From assembly GCF_009914755.1 (NCBI RefSeq), contig NC_060927.1: a stretch of 64,000 nucleotides of DNA. One strand, 5' to 3'. The DNA is from the human T2T-CHM13v2.0 reference genome, Homo sapiens. Position 1 is the first letter of the stretch. Each line of letters begins with the position of its first letter. The notes beneath the pieces were generated by a model that made no database searches, was not told where the DNA came from, and was given only the letters and a program-made list of their open reading frames with translations. The position numbers and the translations under genes are program-made. Positions 1 through 24,652 of this stretch are shown piece by piece.

Positions 1-70
1 CCACTGCACTCCAGCCTGGGTGAGGGGGAGATTCTGTCTCTTAAATTTAAAAAAACAAAAAACAAAAAAA
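1..70 (+). mobile_element. Alu 3' end
   Basis: ccactgcactccagcctgggtga... then A-rich tail. Confidence 0.9.
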
Positions 71-783
71 ACCTGCCCACTGATAGGAAGGACTGCCTTG
101 GGAGAATCCTAGATGGACTGGAGGCCTGATTGAAGTTGTATGGACATGCAATGCTTTCATGAAGGGCATAAAAGCAAGTTCTCAATAAACAAGGTACATT
201 CAACACAGAGAGTTATATCCTTTTTCCTCCAAAAGACAGAAAAGAATTGGGGTTGAAGGACAAATCCACAGACATAAAGACAACAAGAGATAGGCAAGTA
301 CCACCTCAGAAATACCAATAAAATTTTGGAAGTTGGAAAACAGATGAACAATGGAAAATGCTGAGCAGTCTAAACAGAAGCTAAGCCCATAGAGGGGAAA
401 GTCTAAGCCAGAAGCAAGCAGATTCACACTGCAGAACGTCACAATGGCGCAGGCATGAGCAACACCAAAAAGTCGTAGCCAGGAGTAAGGTCTCAGACCA
501 AAAGCAAGAGGACTGATCTGTATGAAGGACAGTGAGACCTCCCATAGTTCCTTCTCCCTCACTGTCCTCCACCCCGGCAGAAGACGAGCTTTACACTTAG
601 CAGGAACTGAGTCAAGAGCTCATAGTAGACTCTTGCATATCAGGCCCAGCTGAGAGTGGGAATGAAGCACTGTACAGAAAGTTGATGGGCTCAGTAAAAG
701 TTTACATATTGAATTTGGGACTGTCTCCCTTCTCATGCTGGGTTCGGGAATGCTGACATTTAAACCCAACCCATATCCCTCCA

Positions 784-960
784 TGGTAGACAGAATGATG
801 GCCCTCCAAAGATGTCCATGTCCTAATCCCTGGAACCTGTGACTAGGTTCCTTTACACAGCAAAAGAGACTTTGCAGGTGTGATTAAGTTAAGGCTCTGG
901 AGATGGAGAGGTTATCCTGGATTATCCAGGTAAGCCCATGCAATCACAGGGTCTTTATAA
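784..960 (+). mobile_element. MaLR LTR fragment (MLT1-like)
   Basis: tggtagacagaatgatggccctccaaagatgtccatgtcctaatccctggaacctgtga is a typical MLT1 5' end. Confidence 0.7.
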
Positions 961-1173
961 GAATTATACCCAAATACTGCACTCTAGTTAGTATATTGTT
1001 TTCCACAGGGGTATAGGTCAACAATTCTGAAATTATTTTATGTATATGCTAGAACTGAGAAAATAGGCAAATACATTGCAAATAATAAGAACCAGGATTC
1101 TTCCTCAGTGTTTGAGAAAGGAGTTATAATAAGGAAAAGGGAAAAGCTAAATGAGTCCTGTGGTATTTGATTT

Positions 1174-1497
<324 letters not shown>

Positions 1498-1522
1498 GTG
1501 GTATTTGATTTTAATCAGAGGA

Positions 1523-1524
<2 letters not shown>

Positions 1525-1556
<32 letters not shown>
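1525..1556. repeat. (AC)16 microsatellite with degenerate CA/TA extension to ~1665
   Basis: Read directly. Confidence 0.95.
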
Positions 1557-1558
<2 letters not shown>

Positions 1559-3106
1559 ACACACACATATATAATGTATATATATAATGACACACAGATA
1601 AATGTGTGTATATATGCACACACACACACAAATGCGTAAAGATGTGTGCATGTGTGAGTACACATATTATTTTGTAGCCCTTTCCACTGAGTGGGCCTAG
1701 AAGCAATGACATTTAGTAACAAGAGACACAGCACCCAAATCTTGGGTCTTAAATACCGTTCTCCAATAAAAGGAGCAGGGACTCCTTGGAGAAATAGTTG
1801 ATTCCAGTGAGGAGGCAAGGAAACTTCAAGATAAACCTGGAACATCTGACTCTACTTTTGTAGAGTCAGAAAGTAAGGAAGTGCTTATAAAATGATGGAG
1901 GCATGTTGAAAGAACACAGGCATCAGGTGAAGGAGCTCCCAACGGCCAAATCTAGGGCATTTGAGTAACAAAATAGAGTAATGAATTGTAATCCACAGAG
2001 TAAAAGAAATATCCATGAGTCATATTAATATAAAATAAGTAATTGACTACATAAAGAGGAGAGAGGGAACAGCTCTTCCTTATGGCAGAATTCCAGATAA
2101 TAAATGCACAAGAAATGATTTTTTAATTACCATTTGGCCAACACCACAATTAATCATTGTTGTAGGCAAGAACCATCAATGGATGCTAAAATTCATGTAT
2201 GAAAGTATGGCGAGAAACAAGACTCCTCACAAGACACTTACTAATTACAAAGGGGAAAAAAATGGTAACTTTACCGTGGAGAAACCTGGCAGACATCCTA
2301 AGTGATCAAAATTAACATCACCAGTAATGAAACGTAGCTCCTGATAGGATGCACTTAAGCACAACATCACGTTTGTGCTATCCTTACAAACATGTATAAT
2401 ACTAACATAAGAGGAGATCACACAAACCTAAATTGAGAGACATTCTACCATTTAACAGGCCAGTATTCTTCAAAAACATCAAGGCCATGAACAAAAAGGA
2501 ATGAACCCAGATTGTAGGAGACTGAGGAGAAATGACAACTAAATGCAATGTAGGATCCTGCATGAGATCCTGGAGCAGAAAAGAGACATTTTCAGGAAAA
2601 CTGGCAAAATTCTGATAAGGTTTAGAGACTACTTAATAGTATTATACCATGTTAATTTCCTCATTTTGGTGATTATACTATGTTATGTAAAATGGCAAAA
2701 TTAAGGGAACTGTAAATGATATAAGAGAATTCATTATACTAATTTTACAACTTTTAAGTCTGAAATCATTTTAAAATAATGTTTTAATCAAGTAGTAATT
2801 ATTGCTCCACTGATTTTTATTAATCAAAGATACATATAACTCTTAGAGTTTTAGCAGTCAAAACGCTCCTATATTGCATTACCACACTGAGTTGATGTGA
2901 ATTCAGCCTAAAGCAACAAAATTTGACTTTTTAACCTATGTAATTGTATTAAAACAGGTGTTTTCTATTGAAATAATAAAAATAGTTCATAGATTTCATT
3001 ACCATCTTTGAAGACTTTTAGGAGGATGAGGTTCCCAGATGGGTACATTGCATACATGGAGTCTAATATAGCTTTGATTATTTGTTTCCTCTTTTCTTTT
3101 CTTTAG

Positions 3107-3208
3107 GTTAAACCACAGCTTGAAGAAAAAACAAATGAGACTTACGGAAAATTGGAAGCTGTGCAGTATAAAACTCAAGTTGTTGCTGGAACAAATTACT
3201 ACATTAAG
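3107..3208 (+). CDS. CSTA: Cystatin A (stefin A) coding exon 2; exon 1 lies upstream of the window
   Basis: Pyrimidine tract + ttag|GTTAAA...ATTAAG|gttaga; 102 nt translating [34 protein letters not shown] with the cystatin QVVAG inhibitory loop. Confidence 0.98.
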
Positions 3209-4699
3209 GTTAGAGTTCAGCACCTACTTTAGCGCCAAAAGATGTATTTCTCATTTTATGTAAAATATTCCCTGATTTCCCTACCACATAATTCCTTCCT
3301 TACGGTTGTCCTAAATTAAGATGCCCAGCATGATTCCTTCCAAGTGGTGGACTCTCAAATTTGGTAGATGATGTGACACCATTTTTTTTCTTGTGAATTC
3401 AGAAAGTTTTATTACATTGATTCTTGATTTCTGGAAATTGTATAGAAAAAGATTTCATAACAGTTCAGGGCATGCTGGATTTGTGGCTGTGCTGCTGCTT
3501 AGGTAAGGAGGGAGGATCACGTCTCATCTGCCTGAAGGTGTGGGGCTGGACCACATGGTATCTTGAAGCTGATTCCACCTCAAAGCTGTATGATTCTCTA
3601 TGTCTAAATTAAATAAATTAAAGTAACGACTCAAATCATTAGCTGGGAAAATAATTTAAACCTTTTTTGCCCTTCAATTAATATAATGTAAATACTATTT
3701 TGTAACTCAAATTAGATTTAACTTGTGGCACTCTAGGCATAGTTTAAAAGAGTGGAGTATTTAAAATAGTTTAAAAGTTAATTTTATAGCTCTGTCAAAA
3801 AATTACACAATGCATTGATCGAGTTCTAATTGAAATTATCAAGAGGAAACCAGTTGAACAAGTCAACCATGAATATTTGAGAGCCATGTTTGTCCTTATA
3901 TATTAAGAAGATGATAATGCTGATTTTAAAAATAAAAACAAATATTCAAGTATATTTACTTAATCTTTACTTCACTATTTGACCAGGGCACAGTGTGGCT
4001 TATTTCTCTTTAACAAATATTTCTATTAAAATATAAACATTTTAAAAGATTTTTTCAGCAAAAAAAAAAAAAAAGTAAGTGAAGTAAGTGGAGCTAGTCA
4101 GCTCAGCATAAGAAAGTTTCAGTACAGAGCTATGTACACAGATCAGCCCTGTTCTGCCAAATGTGAGCTCCTAGTAACGACCAGGTCCCGGGGAGACACA
4201 TGTGAAAGAGGACCCTGCTGTATCCTCAGAAAACAATGGCACCATTTCCTCCATTCTCAATCTGCTTTCTTCATGGCTGGAAAAGAAAGTTTTCCAGTTA
4301 AAAATGATTATGTGCAAAGATAGGAAACATTCCATCAACATTAACATATTTAATAATTTATGATTAATTCAAATGCATAAATTTCACATATTACCAGCTC
4401 ACATGTTTCTTCAACAGTTCATCAGATAACTATCTTGAAAATTTCTGCTTGAAAATTTGTTCCCTTGACCACCCTTTTGCCCTCTCTTAATCAGTCTCCT
4501 CTCTCTCTCTCATCTTTTCTTCCTTCTGCTATCAAACTTTTCCTACTGGATCTCAGCCACCGATCCCAGTTCCCTTTTACTTCCTGGTAGTCTGGCTGTT
4601 GATCCCTTTGCTCTGAGGCACTCTAGATTTAAGGTCTTGCCAGTGATGTGACCTTCTCTATGTATTTCAAGTACCTATCAAGAGGTAGGTGGTAGAATG

Positions 4700-5660
<961 letters not shown>

Positions 5661-5848
5661 ATATGGCATTTGTTAAAATTAGGATAGGAAGTGACATCAG
5701 AAGCACAATAAATATTTGTATAAGACAAAGCATTTATTGTCTCCAGCAAGAACCAAAGTAAAAATTCTTACCATAATTTTCCAGGTCTCAGATTCATGTC
5801 CAAACTACTGCTTCTGCTTCAACCTTCCTACCAATGACTTCCTAGTAA

Positions 5849-6799
<951 letters not shown>

Positions 6800-6996
6800 A
6801 GTCTGCTCTTTTTCTCCTAAAATAAGGTGGTGGATTTATGAATACAAAGAGTCTAAGAATGGTGGACTAGGTCTAGCAATGCTGTTCCTCAGCAGCTTTT
6901 TGGACAGAAGTCTTTGTAGACCTGTGGCTCTCTCACTTGATGTAGACCCATTTGAATGAATCTCCTTTTGCTTTCTCTTTCTTTAATATTTTTCAG

Positions 6997-7125
6997 GTAC
7001 GAGCAGGTGATAATAAATATATGCACTTGAAAGTATTCAAAAGTCTTCCCGGACAAAATGAGGACTTGGTACTTACTGGATACCAGGTTGACAAAAACAA
7101 GGATGACGAGCTGACGGGCTTTTAG
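6997..7125 (+). CDS. CSTA: Cystatin A terminal coding exon 3
   Basis: tttcag|GTACGA...; translates [42 protein letters not shown] then TAG, the stefin A C-terminus; in frame with exon 2. Confidence 0.98.
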   Translation, partial: VRAGDNKYMHLKVFKSLPGQNEDLVLTGYQVDKNKDDELTGF

Positions 7126-7200
7126 CAGCATGTACCCAAAGTGTTCTGATTCCTTCAACTGGCTACTGAGTCATGATCCTTGCTGATAAATATAACCATC

Positions 7201-7206
7201 AATAAA
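7201..7206 (+). terminator. CSTA: CSTA proximal polyadenylation signal AATAAA
   Basis: AATAAA 75 nt after the stop codon, followed by T-rich sequence. Confidence 0.8.
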
Positions 7207-7472
7207 GAAGCATTCTTTTCCAAAGAAATTATTTCTTCAATTATTTCTCATTTATTGTATTAAGCAGAAATTACCTTTTCTTTCTCAAAATCAGTGTTAT
7301 TGCTTTAGAGTATAAACTCCATATAAATTGATGGCAATTGGAAATCTTATAAAAACTAGTCAAGCCTAATGCAACTGGCTAAAGGATAGTACCACCCTCA
7401 CCCCCACCATAGGCAGGCTGGATCGTGGACTATCAATTCACCAGCCTCCTTGTTCCCTGTGGCTGCTGATAA

Positions 7473-8640
<1,168 letters not shown>

Positions 8641-9504
8641 ATCCAATCCAAAATAACTTGCTCCATTTAATTGCCATTTTCCTCTTATTTAATACCTTCA
8701 TTGAGACATAAATTGAAACATACAACTTACCCATTTAAAGTGTACAAGTGAATAGTTTTATACCACATTCACAAATGCGTGCAGACCTCACAAAATTTTA
8801 GAACATTTTCGTCACCTCAAAAAGAAGTCTCATACCTGTTAGCTGTCACTTCCCCAGCCTCCTCCACACATAAGCAACAACTCAACTCCTAAGCAACAAC
8901 TAATTTACTGTCTAGATTTGCCTGGTCTGGACATTCATACATGTGGAATTATATAATATGTGGTGGTCCTTTGTAACTGCCTTCCTTCACTTAACATAGT
9001 TTTCAAAATTCATCAGTGTTGTAGCACGTCTCAGTATTTTATTCCTTTTTATGGACAAATATTCCATTTTATCAATATATCACACGTTGTTTATTAACTA
9101 ATCAGTTGACAGATATTTAAGTTGCTTTCACCTTTTGACTATCAGGAACACTGCTACTATAAATATTTGTGTACAAGGTTTTGTGTGTACATAGGTTTTC
9201 ATTTCTCTTGGGTATATACCTAGGAGTAGAATTGCTGGTTCATACGGTAACTAACTCTATGTTTAATTGTTTGAGAAACTTACAGACGGTTTTCTGAAGT
9301 GGTCACACCATTTTACATTCTCACCAACAGTGGATGAGAGTTCCATTTTCTCCATATCCTCACCCACACTTGTTATTATCTGAATTTTTTTAAGGTTAGC
9401 CATCTTAGTGGATGTGAAATAATAGCTCATTGTGGTTTTGATTTGTATTTCCCTGATGACTAATGCTATTGAACATCTTTTCATGAGATGATTAGCCATT
9501 TGTA

Positions 9505-9570
9505 TTAGGCTGATGCAAAAGTTAGTGTAGTTTTTGCCATTTAAAAATAATAACAAAAAACATAATTACC
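9505..9570. mobile_element. MADE1 (Hsmar1-derived MITE), right end truncated
   Basis: ttaggctgatgcaaaagttagtgtagtttttgccat...aacaaaaaacataattac follows the MADE1 palindrome; inserted at TA. Confidence 0.7.
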
Positions 9571-10304
<734 letters not shown>

Positions 10305-13300
10305 TATATTCTGAATACAGGCCCCTTATCTGATATATGATTTGCAAATACTTTCTTCTCATTTTGTGGTTATCTTTTCAATCTCTTGATGGCATTCTCT
10401 GAAGCACAAAAGTTTTTAATTTTAATGAAGTCCAAATTATCTATTTATCTTTTTGCTCCTCATGCTCTTGGTATCATAACTAAGGATCCTTTGCCAAATC
10501 CAAACTCATAGTGATTTATTCCCCTGTTTTCTTCTAAGTGATATGTAGCTTTAGCTCTTACATTTAGGTCGTTTGTCCCTTTTGAGTTAATTTTTGTATA
10601 TGGTGTGAGGTAAGTGTCCAACTTCATTCTTTTGCATGTGGCTATCTAGTTATCTTAGCACCATTGGTTGAAAAGATTTCTTTACCCCATCGAATTATCT
10701 TGGCACCCTTGTTGAAAATCAGTTGATCACAGGCACGAGTTAATTTCTCAACTCTCAATTTTATTCCATTAATCTATATATCTATCCTTTTGTCAGTACT
10801 ACACTTTTTTGATTACTGTTGCCTTGTAATAAGTTTTACAATTGTGAAGTGTGAGTCCTTCCAACTTTGCTCTTCCTTTTCAAGAGTTTTTTGGCTCTTC
10901 TGAATTCTTTGAACTTCCACATGAATTTTAGAATCAGCTTATAAATTTCTACAAAGAAGTCAGCTAGGATTTTCATAGAGATTATGCTGAATCTGTAGAT
11001 AAGTTTGGGTAATACTGCCATCTTAACAATATTAAGCCTCTGATCCATGAACATAAGATGTTTTCCCAATTATTTCGATCTGTATTTCTTTCAACAATTG
11101 TTTTTAGTTTTCAGAGTATATATTTTGTACTTTTTTTGTTAAATTCATTCCCAAATATTTTGTTCTTATTGATGCTATTATAAATGAGATTTTTTGGCTT
11201 ATGTATTGCAAGTTTATAGAAATACAATTGATTTTTGTACATTGATTTTATATTTTTTAACCTTGATGACCTTGTGTATTGGTGGATTCTTTAGAATTTT
11301 CTATATACAAGACCATATCATTGCAAATAGAGGCAGTTTTATTTCCCCCTTTCTAACCTGGATACTTTTTTTTTCTTGCATAATTGCACTGGTGAGAAAC
11401 TTCAATATAAAACTGAATAGAAGTGATGAGAGCAGGCATCCTTGTCTTGTTCCTGATCTTAGGAGGAAAACATATAATTTTTTTATCCTTTAGTAAAAAG
11501 TTAGCTGTGGAGTTTTCATAGATGCCTTGTATTAAGTTAAGAAAGTTTACTTCAAGGCTAAGCGTGGTGGCTCACACCTGTAACCTTAGCACTTTGGGAG
11601 GCCGAGGTGGGTAGATCACTTGATCTCAGGAGTTAGAGACCAGCCTGGGTAACATGGTGAAATCCTGTATCTACGAAAAATACAAAAATTATCTGGGCAT
11701 GGTAATACACGCCCGTAGTCCCAGCTACTTGGGGAGCTGAGGCCAGAGAATCACTTGAACCCAGAGGTTGAGGCTGCAGTGAGCCAAGATTATGCCACTG
11801 CACTCCAGTGACAAAGTGAGACCCTGTTTCAAAAAAAGAAAGTTTCCTTCTAGCTCATTTTTATTATGAAAGGACATTGGATTTTATTACATGCTCTTTC
11901 TGCATCTGTTGAAACAGTGATGTGGTTTTGTTTTTTACTCTATCGATATAGTATATTATATTGATTTTTTATATGAAACCAACTTTGCATTTCTGGAATA
12001 AACCCCGTATGGTCATGGTATATAATTATTTTTAGACGTGCTACATTCAGTTTGCTAGAATTTTGTTGAGGATTTTTGCATTTATATTCATAAGAGATAT
12101 TGGTCTACAGTTTTCTTGTTGTTGTTGTTGTTGAGACAGCGTTTTGCTCTGTCACCCAGGCTGGAGTGCAGTGGCACAATCTTGGCTCACTGCAACCTCT
12201 GTCTCTCAGGTTCAAGCGATTCTCCTGCCTTAAGCTCCTGAGTAGTCGGGAGTTGGGACTACAGTCATGCACCACCATGCCCGGCTAATTTTTGTATTTT
12301 AGTAGAGACAGGGTTTCACCATCTTGGCCAACCTGGTCTCGAATTCCTGACCTCAGGTGATCCACCCTCCTTTGCCTCCCAAAGCATTGGGATTACAGGC
12401 ATGAGCCACCATGTCCACCCTGTCTATAGTTTTCTTGTGACACCTTTGTCTGGTTTTGGTAGAATTGGTGAATTGGTATTAATTCTTCTTTAAACCTTTT
12501 TTTTTTTTTTTTTTTTTTTGAGAAATGGTCTCACTCTGTTGCCCAGGCTGGAGCGCACTGGCCAATCTTGGCTCACTGCAACCTCCATCTCCTGGGTTCA
12601 AGTGATTTTCCTGCCTCAACCTCTTAAGTAGCTGGGATTACAGGTGCTCACTACCACTCTGGGCTAATTTTTATATTTTTTCAGTACAGACAGGGTTTCA
12701 CCATGTTGGTCAGTCTGGTCTCAAACTCCTGACCTCAAGTGATCCACCCACCTTGGCCTCCCAAAATGCTAGTATTACCGGTGTGAGCCACTGTGCCCAG
12801 CCTTCTTTAAACCTTTAGTAGAATTCAGCAGTGAAGCCATCTGGGCCTGGGCTTTTCTCTGTGGGAACTTTTTTTATTACTAATTCAATATCCAAACTTA
12901 TTATAGGTCTATTTAGGTTCACTGTTTCTTCTTGAGTCAGTTTTGGTAGTATGTGTTATTCTAGGAATTGTTCATTTTATCTATGTTATCTATTATTGGC
13001 ATACAATTGTTCATAGTATTCCTTCATAATCCTTTCATTTCTGTAACATCAATATTAATGTCTCACCTTTCATTTCTGATTCTAGTAATTTGAGTATTCT
13101 CTTTTTGCTCTTAGTCTACCTGTAGGTTTGTCAACTTTGTTCATCTTTTCGAAAAAACAACTTTTATTTCAATAATATTCTGTAGTGTTTTTCTATTCTC
13201 TATTTTATTAATTTCTACTCTAATCTTTATTATTTCTTTCCCTCTGCTTGCTTTGGGTTGACTTTGATCTTCTATTTTCTGTGTCTTAAGGTAAAAGGTT

Positions 13301-13901
13301 AGGTTATTGATTTGATATTATCTTTTTTGGCATAAGTGTTGACAGCTATAAATTTCCCTCTAAGCATTGCTTTAGCTGCATTCCATAAGTTTTGGTATGT
13401 TGTTTATTTTCATTCATGTCAAAGTACTTTCTAATTTTCCTTTTGATTTTTTCTTGATTTCTTCTGTGACCCATTGATTATTTAGGAGTATGCTGTTTAA
13501 TTTCTACGTATTTGTAAAGTCTTCCATCCTTGCTCCTGTCGCCTACCCTTGTGACTCCCACCTCCACCGTCCTCACCCCCTCATCTGCCCCCCAATGCTC
13601 AGTCTCTTATATCCTGTCCTGGACCACTGCCACTATCCCCCTATGTAAATACCTGCCCTCTCCATGCCAGCTATGCTCCACCATGGTGGGTGGGCACCTA
13701 CCCATGGAGAAGCCAACTCCAACATCTAGTTTCAGACCATCCAAAACCAATATCTGCTCTCCTTGGCCCTACTTAATGGATTTGGGGCTAAATTGTTAGG
13801 GAAGGAGAGAGGAAGAGGAAGTGGAGGGGAGAGTAAAGGAAAAGGAGAGAATGAGAGAGGCAAAGTGAAGAGAAAACTTGTCTTAAACATGCTCGAGCCG
13901 G

Positions 13902-14367
<466 letters not shown>

Positions 14368-14379
14368 GATGTTGTAAAG

Positions 14380-14585
14380 CAAGCTTGTCCAACCCGCGAC
14401 CCACAGGCACCCAGGACGGCTTTGAATGCAGCCCAACACAAATTCGTAAACTTTCTTAAAACATTATGAGTTTTGTGTTTTTTTTTAGCTCATCAGCCAT
14501 CATTAGAGTTAGTGTCTTTTATGTGGGGCCCAAGACAATTCTTCTACCAATGTGGCCAGGGAAGCCAAAAGATTGGACACCCCTG
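14380..14585. mobile_element. MER30 (hAT-Charlie DNA transposon)
   Basis: caagcttgtccaa...ttggacacccctg imperfect terminal inverted repeats; flanks ttgtaaag/ctctaaag. Confidence 0.8.
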
Positions 14586-15393
14586 CTCTAAAGTCTCCCT
14601 CTGGGCTCTGCACTCTGCTCATCACCCCATTAATGCCACTTGCCAATCCTCTGTCCCAAATAATAATAATAGCTAATATATATTAAATGCTTACCATAGT
14701 CTAGGTAGTGTTCCAAAGACTTTACAAATAAAACTTATTTAACTTTTATAACAATCTCATGAGGTAAATATTATTGCTATCCTCTCTTTACAGAAGACTG
14801 AGTATAGAGAGGTGAAATTACTTGTGCAAGGCCACCTGACTAGTTAGTAGAGAAGTAAGGATGTGATCCCAGGCTGTTTGCCTCCAGGGCCAATACTCTA
14901 CCCCTACACTCTACTAACATATGCTCAGAATTCCTTCCCTCAGCTATTCTGACCCCTTGAAGCAGATACGTAAGGGAGTGTTGAAACACTGGTTGTTTTT
15001 AAATAACCATTACTAACTCTTAATGCCTCAGAATGGAGAAGCTATCCTATTCATCTGCCTTCAGCTCCTAGCACATAAACAGTCAATAAGTGAACTAAAA
15101 GATCTCCACTGGCTGACTAGTATTAGCACTCTGGAGCTCTTAGGTAACAAGAACAACTAGAGACAACTCTACTGGCCCAGTAATAAGAATTCTTTTCTGA
15201 GCAATGCAAAAACATAGACACACACACATGGGTAGCTGTATACACAGAGCAGTTGATTAAAGATATAGGAAACACCATAATTAGGGTGATTAGATTTACT
15301 TTAACCTGATTTTGGGGTGGAAAGTCTAAATACATCACACGCTTAAAAATTAATCTAATAAGGGACATACAAAACCTATGCAAAGAGAATGAC

Positions 15394-17541
<2,148 letters not shown>

Positions 17542-17933
17542 TCTACAACAATTCACTCTCCAAAATAAAAGACTTGAACAAATAGATAAACATATCCTGT
17601 TGCTGGTTAGGTACACTTCATGTTAAAGAGAACGTAACAATACATAAAAATAAATAGGAAAAAATATCAAGTAATGTGTGCAGGGATTCTTGATCTTGCC
17701 TGCATATTAGAGTCTCTTAACTTATAAACTAACACCAAAAATTCCAAGGTAGGGTACCACTGCAGATCGATTAAAAAAGAATCTCTGGAAAATAGTCCAG
17801 GTGATTCTGATGTCAGCAAGGGTTGAGTGCTACTGTGATATAAAGGGAAAAGGTGTAGTGGAAATACTAGCTGTAATGGAATTAAAAATATATCTTAAAG
17901 TATAAAATGTATTACAAAATATTCCACTGAGCC

Positions 17934-18320
<387 letters not shown>

Positions 18321-19992
18321 TTATTTTGGAATATAATCAAAAATTTGGATACAAATTTCATATATACCATAACAAATTACAAATTGGTTAAAAAGTGAAA
18401 AATTGGAATAATTTAAAAACAACTTTATTGCAGAAGATGACTATTTTTTTTAAAGCTTATTTTAAAGGGTTAGGAAGTGGTGTTTGAATTAGACTTATTC
18501 TCCAAGAATTATTGGGATTCTCAGAGTAATGAGAATAAGAGACCTGCAACTGGATAAACTGCTGATGGAAAGAGTGTTTGGAAGTTTCTTCGTCATTAAC
18601 AGCTGTTAAAGGAACAAGTTTCCCCTCAAAAAAGACCGATCTTCCCTCAGCAGTACTCTTGCAACCAAAGGAAAAATTACATCTCTGAAATATTTTCCCC
18701 ACCAAATTTGAAATGGAATCTGGAAGCAAGAATTTGTACTCTATTGCAAATATTATTTTGCCTGACCCCAAAGGGAGAGACAGAGAATGTACTCTTGCCT
18801 TGCAAGGGTGAGAGACTCAATCTGTACTCTGGCAGGCACTCCTAGAATTTTCTGCCACAGACTGTGTTTTTGGCACAGTGTGTGGCCACTGGTATTGGGC
18901 CAAGTGAAGATTCAGAGGGTATGACCGTGCCCAGGGCTGTGGGCAGGGCTTATTCTGTTCTCTCTGGGAAACAGATTTCCTCCCCTACCTGAGGGAGAGA
19001 ATCAATCATCATCTGTCTAGTTTCTCATTTGGAGAGTTCCAGAGACCCATCCTGGGCCCTGGAGGCTCAGAGGCTTACCTTGTTGGACTTGAAGTTCAGA
19101 CGCAGTGATGAGTTTCACCCAAGGAGCTACCCAAACCCATCCCTGCTGCTCTGAACAATATGAGAAGTATTTCATGAGGAAAATAATGTGCTAATGTCAG
19201 TGGATTATTTAAACAGGGAGATACTGCTTGGACACTGGCTCACTGGGAATGTTTTAGATAGGCTCTTTTGGTTCAAGAGAATTTATTTTATGTAACAGGG
19301 ATTCTTTATAAAGATGCATTTGCTTAGAAATCTAGAAAATGCCAAATAGCCAGGCTTCATAGAGGAAAGGGGCCCACACAGAACTGGGTCTCATAGCCAG
19401 AATCAGAATCCAGGCAGCTCTAAGAACCTGAGGAACTGTGGTAATGGGTTTTTGTTCTAGGGCTCCATCATTAATGGGTCTCAGCTGTTCCCCAAGCAGC
19501 TGTCTGTACTTCTCTTTGTGTCTACTTTTCTGCCAGCTTCCACTGGTGTTCTTCCTTCTACTCTATATAACTCTTCTCTGCCTCACGGTGTACATCCTTG
19601 TTACAGCTTCTGCTTTCTCAGAACATTGAGCTTCCATGGCCCCTGTTGTGCCTTATCACCCTGCTCCTTCAGGCCTTACTTCGCACCACTCACTACATAA
19701 TTCTCTCAGTATTTCTCAGTTCAAAGCTGTGAAAAATTTGATTGCCCAGATCCTCTTTTTGCCCCAAGTCATGTCATAGGACACTGGCCAACTTAAGGTT
19801 TGGCAGTTCTTGGGTGAGCTGCCCAACCTTAGTCTAATCAACCTAATGCAGAATGGGTCAGCTGGGGGCACTCTTTCAGTAGGAGCTGTGGGTCAGTCTT
19901 CCTTAGAAAGGGCTCTGATGTAGCAGGCATCTGATCCACATGACAAATGGATGAATGGATGGATAAGTAGATAAAAAGCAGAAAGGTATATT

Positions 19993-20063
19993 AGATAGAT
20001 AGAGAGAGAGAGAGAGATAGACAGATAGATAAATAGATAGACAGACAGAGATACTTAGATAGA
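19993..20063. repeat. Compound (GATA)/(GA)/(GACA) microsatellite
   Basis: Read directly. Confidence 0.9.
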
Positions 20064-20120
20064 CTGACCAGCATATTTGTCCTTAGAGAAGTAGGGAGAG
20101 ATTGTGGGCTGAACAACTGA

Positions 20121-22950
<2,830 letters not shown>

Positions 22951-24093
22951 TTCGGAGAACAACTTATAAAAGAATGACATATTAGAAAACACCCTTTTTA
23001 TTACTGCACTTACTTGGTACATTTCAATCTCAAGTTAAAGCAACTTTTCAAAGACAAGGGCATTATATTTTCCAGTCAGCTGAAAACAGTCATTTGCAAC
23101 CCACTCTCCATCCCATTCCTGATTTCCTTCTCTATTTTTTTTTCATAGAACTTTATCACATTTTAGCATACCATATAACTTACTACTGTCTTCCTTCACC
23201 AAATATAAGCTCTTTAAAACCAGGTATTTTTGTTTTGCTGAGTGATGCAACAATAGTGGTTAATAGTGCCCAGGAAGGCATTTAAATATTTGTTAAAAGA
23301 ATTTGCAAATGTATCATCATAGGTGTTTCTTCGTATGGCTGTCTTCTGTTCTGCCAAGGAAGGGCCAAACTCATCTGTGAATTTTCGCACCTTCTACTTC
23401 TTTTCTGTGTGTGTGAGTTGCTGAATCCTACCTTTCAGGCAACAAAAGCAAATCAACAAATTGTTCTAAGGCAGTAATTACACACAGGACCCTTTTCCAG
23501 CAGGCAAATCAACTTTCAAAAGCAATGTCATCCATCTTCCTTCATTAGTTGAGGCTCTAAATGCCATTCATCACACTAAACCTATTCATTTATACTGTCA
23601 CTCCATGCTGCCGTCATTGCACATTTTTCATATGTTACACTGGAATGATTCAGGCACTCTACTAACATAATTGGATTAGCTAGATGGTATTTTGGCAGAC
23701 CTGAAAATCTGGAAAGACTGTTAATGAATCCTTTCCAAGGATCTGAATTCCCTCCTGAGCAGCAGAATCAGGGAGATCTTTGTCTTTCTATTCTTGCATC
23801 CATCCTTTCAACTCACTTATCTACCCAAAAATTACTTACTCAACTTTATATATAAAGGCATTTTTTACTGCAGACCTCTAGGAAATTTTTGTTGAGACTA
23901 GATTATAATCTCCACAAAAAGTGTCTGACCTACAGTAAGTGCTCTACGTTTTGTTGAAAGAATGGTGGGCACTTTATATCTTTATCACTCATTTCCAAAT
24001 GCATAATCTGATGGTGGTCAATGTACACAGGCCCACCAGAGACCCAGCTGGCTAATCTAACTGGGCCAGAGCCAGGTGGCTTGTTTAAATCAC

Positions 24094-24652
24094 TGTGGTG
24101 GGCAGAGTCCTAAATTGGCTCCCCAAGATATCCCTCAGACCATGAAACTTGGTGTCTGTGGTTATTACATAATCTGGCAAGAGATTTACAGATGTAATTA
24201 TGATTCTCATCAGTTGACTTTGAGTCAAGCAAAAAGATGTGGTAGGCCTAATCACACAAGCCCTTTAAAATCATTTTGTCTGGTTTGTAGCAGAAAGGGA
24301 AGTCAGATAGATTCCAAGTATGAGAAGAACTGAATGCACCACGCCCAGCTTAAAGATGGAAGGAGCCATGTGTCAAGAAATGTGGGTAGCTTCCTGGAGC
24401 TGAGAGTGGTACCTGACAGTCAGCAAGGAAATGGGGACCTCAGGACCACGATGCAACAATCTGGCAACTCAATGAGCTTAGCAGCAGACTCTTCCCCTAG
24501 ACTCCAGACCAAAGCCCAGCCTGGGACTCAGCTTGATTTCAGCTTTGAGACCCTAAACAAAAAAAATTCCAGTCAAATCTGCCCATCTGGCCTACAGAAC
24601 TGTAAGATACTGTTTGTGGTAATTTGTTAAGCAGCAACAGAAAACTAGTAAC
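24094..24652 (+). mobile_element. MaLR solo LTR (MLT1E/F-like)
   Basis: tgtggtgggcagagtcctaa...gtggtaatttgttaagcagcaacagaaaactagtaaca termini. Confidence 0.75.

Noticed and set aside
18457-18771. 104-aa minus-strand ORF in unique intergenic DNA, near three TGTACTCT copies
   Set aside because: Non-ATG start, no splice or promoter context, no recognisable homology; motif repeats compatible with chance
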